The notes under the pieces are model-generated. The model did no database searches, had not been told where the DNA came from, and was given only the letters and a program-made list of their open reading frames with translations. The translations under genes were made by a program, and so were the position numbers. Shown piece by piece: positions 63,595 to 64,000 of a stretch of 64,000 nt of DNA. The DNA comes from Haliotis rufescens (Eukaryota): contig NW_025964334.1 in assembly GCF_023055435.1 (NCBI RefSeq), positions 5,704,001 to 5,768,000 on the forward strand, given 5' to 3'. Positions within the stretch are counted from its first letter, which is position 1; every line of letters begins with the position of its first letter.

Positions 63595-64000
63595 ATGTCC
63601 TAGAAAAGGAACTCCTCTGAAACCATGTAAAATGGTGATGGTATTACATTAAGTATTGACAGGCCAAGACTCAAATCATCAGTAAACGCCTTTCATCAGA
63701 ATTCATTAACCATCCAATATTGCGCTCATCAATCACATGTGATTTTCCCTTGATTAGCACACGAGGTCAACAAGAAGAACAGAGGTCAATAAGACAAGTC
63801 GGTCACTATCAGTCAAACACCAGAGATGGGTCTGCCCTCTAACTGGATAAAACTGTTCTATAAATGAGGTGGTTAGCGGGTCAAATATATCCTAAAGGTC
63901 AAATACAACTTATTTTTCTGAATTAAACTGCACTCAGAGCAAACAGGTCGAAGAGCAGTGTCATGTTTTTTCAGCTGGAGGGTCATGTCTCGATGTATGA

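Overview
AT-rich animal genomic DNA, most likely a mollusc (abalone-like, inferred from the SINE complement). The only supportable protein-coding gene is the 5' part of an NDR-family kinase (STK38/STK38L/tricornered) on the minus strand. Its three coding exons (49082-49206, 40507-40558, 13782-13904) splice in frame to 100 aa covering the MOB-binding N-terminal region and the GxGxxG loop. The introns are 8.5 kb, 26.6 kb and >13.7 kb, and the rest of the gene lies left of the window. Everything else is intronic or upstream: at least five retroposon families, about ten non-autonomous DNA transposon families (TA, CAG, TTAA, 4-, 5-, 8-, 9- and 10-bp target-site duplications, TSDs), many minisatellites, local duplications and a 132-nt N gap. 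Main leads: (1) an abundant retroposon (family B) with no tRNA head and a precise 5' end that folds into a compact pseudoknot, a candidate ribozyme or promoter RNA; (2) strong co-orientation of SINEs with the host gene, plausibly because antisense (TCAC)n tails read as GTGAGT donor arrays; (3) candidate alternative first exons that could add a Cys/basic N-terminal extension to the kinase; (4) filled/empty site pairs inside the window that fix element boundaries. Family letters are my labels. Counts and alignments were done by eye, and superfamily assignments rest on termini and TSDs only.
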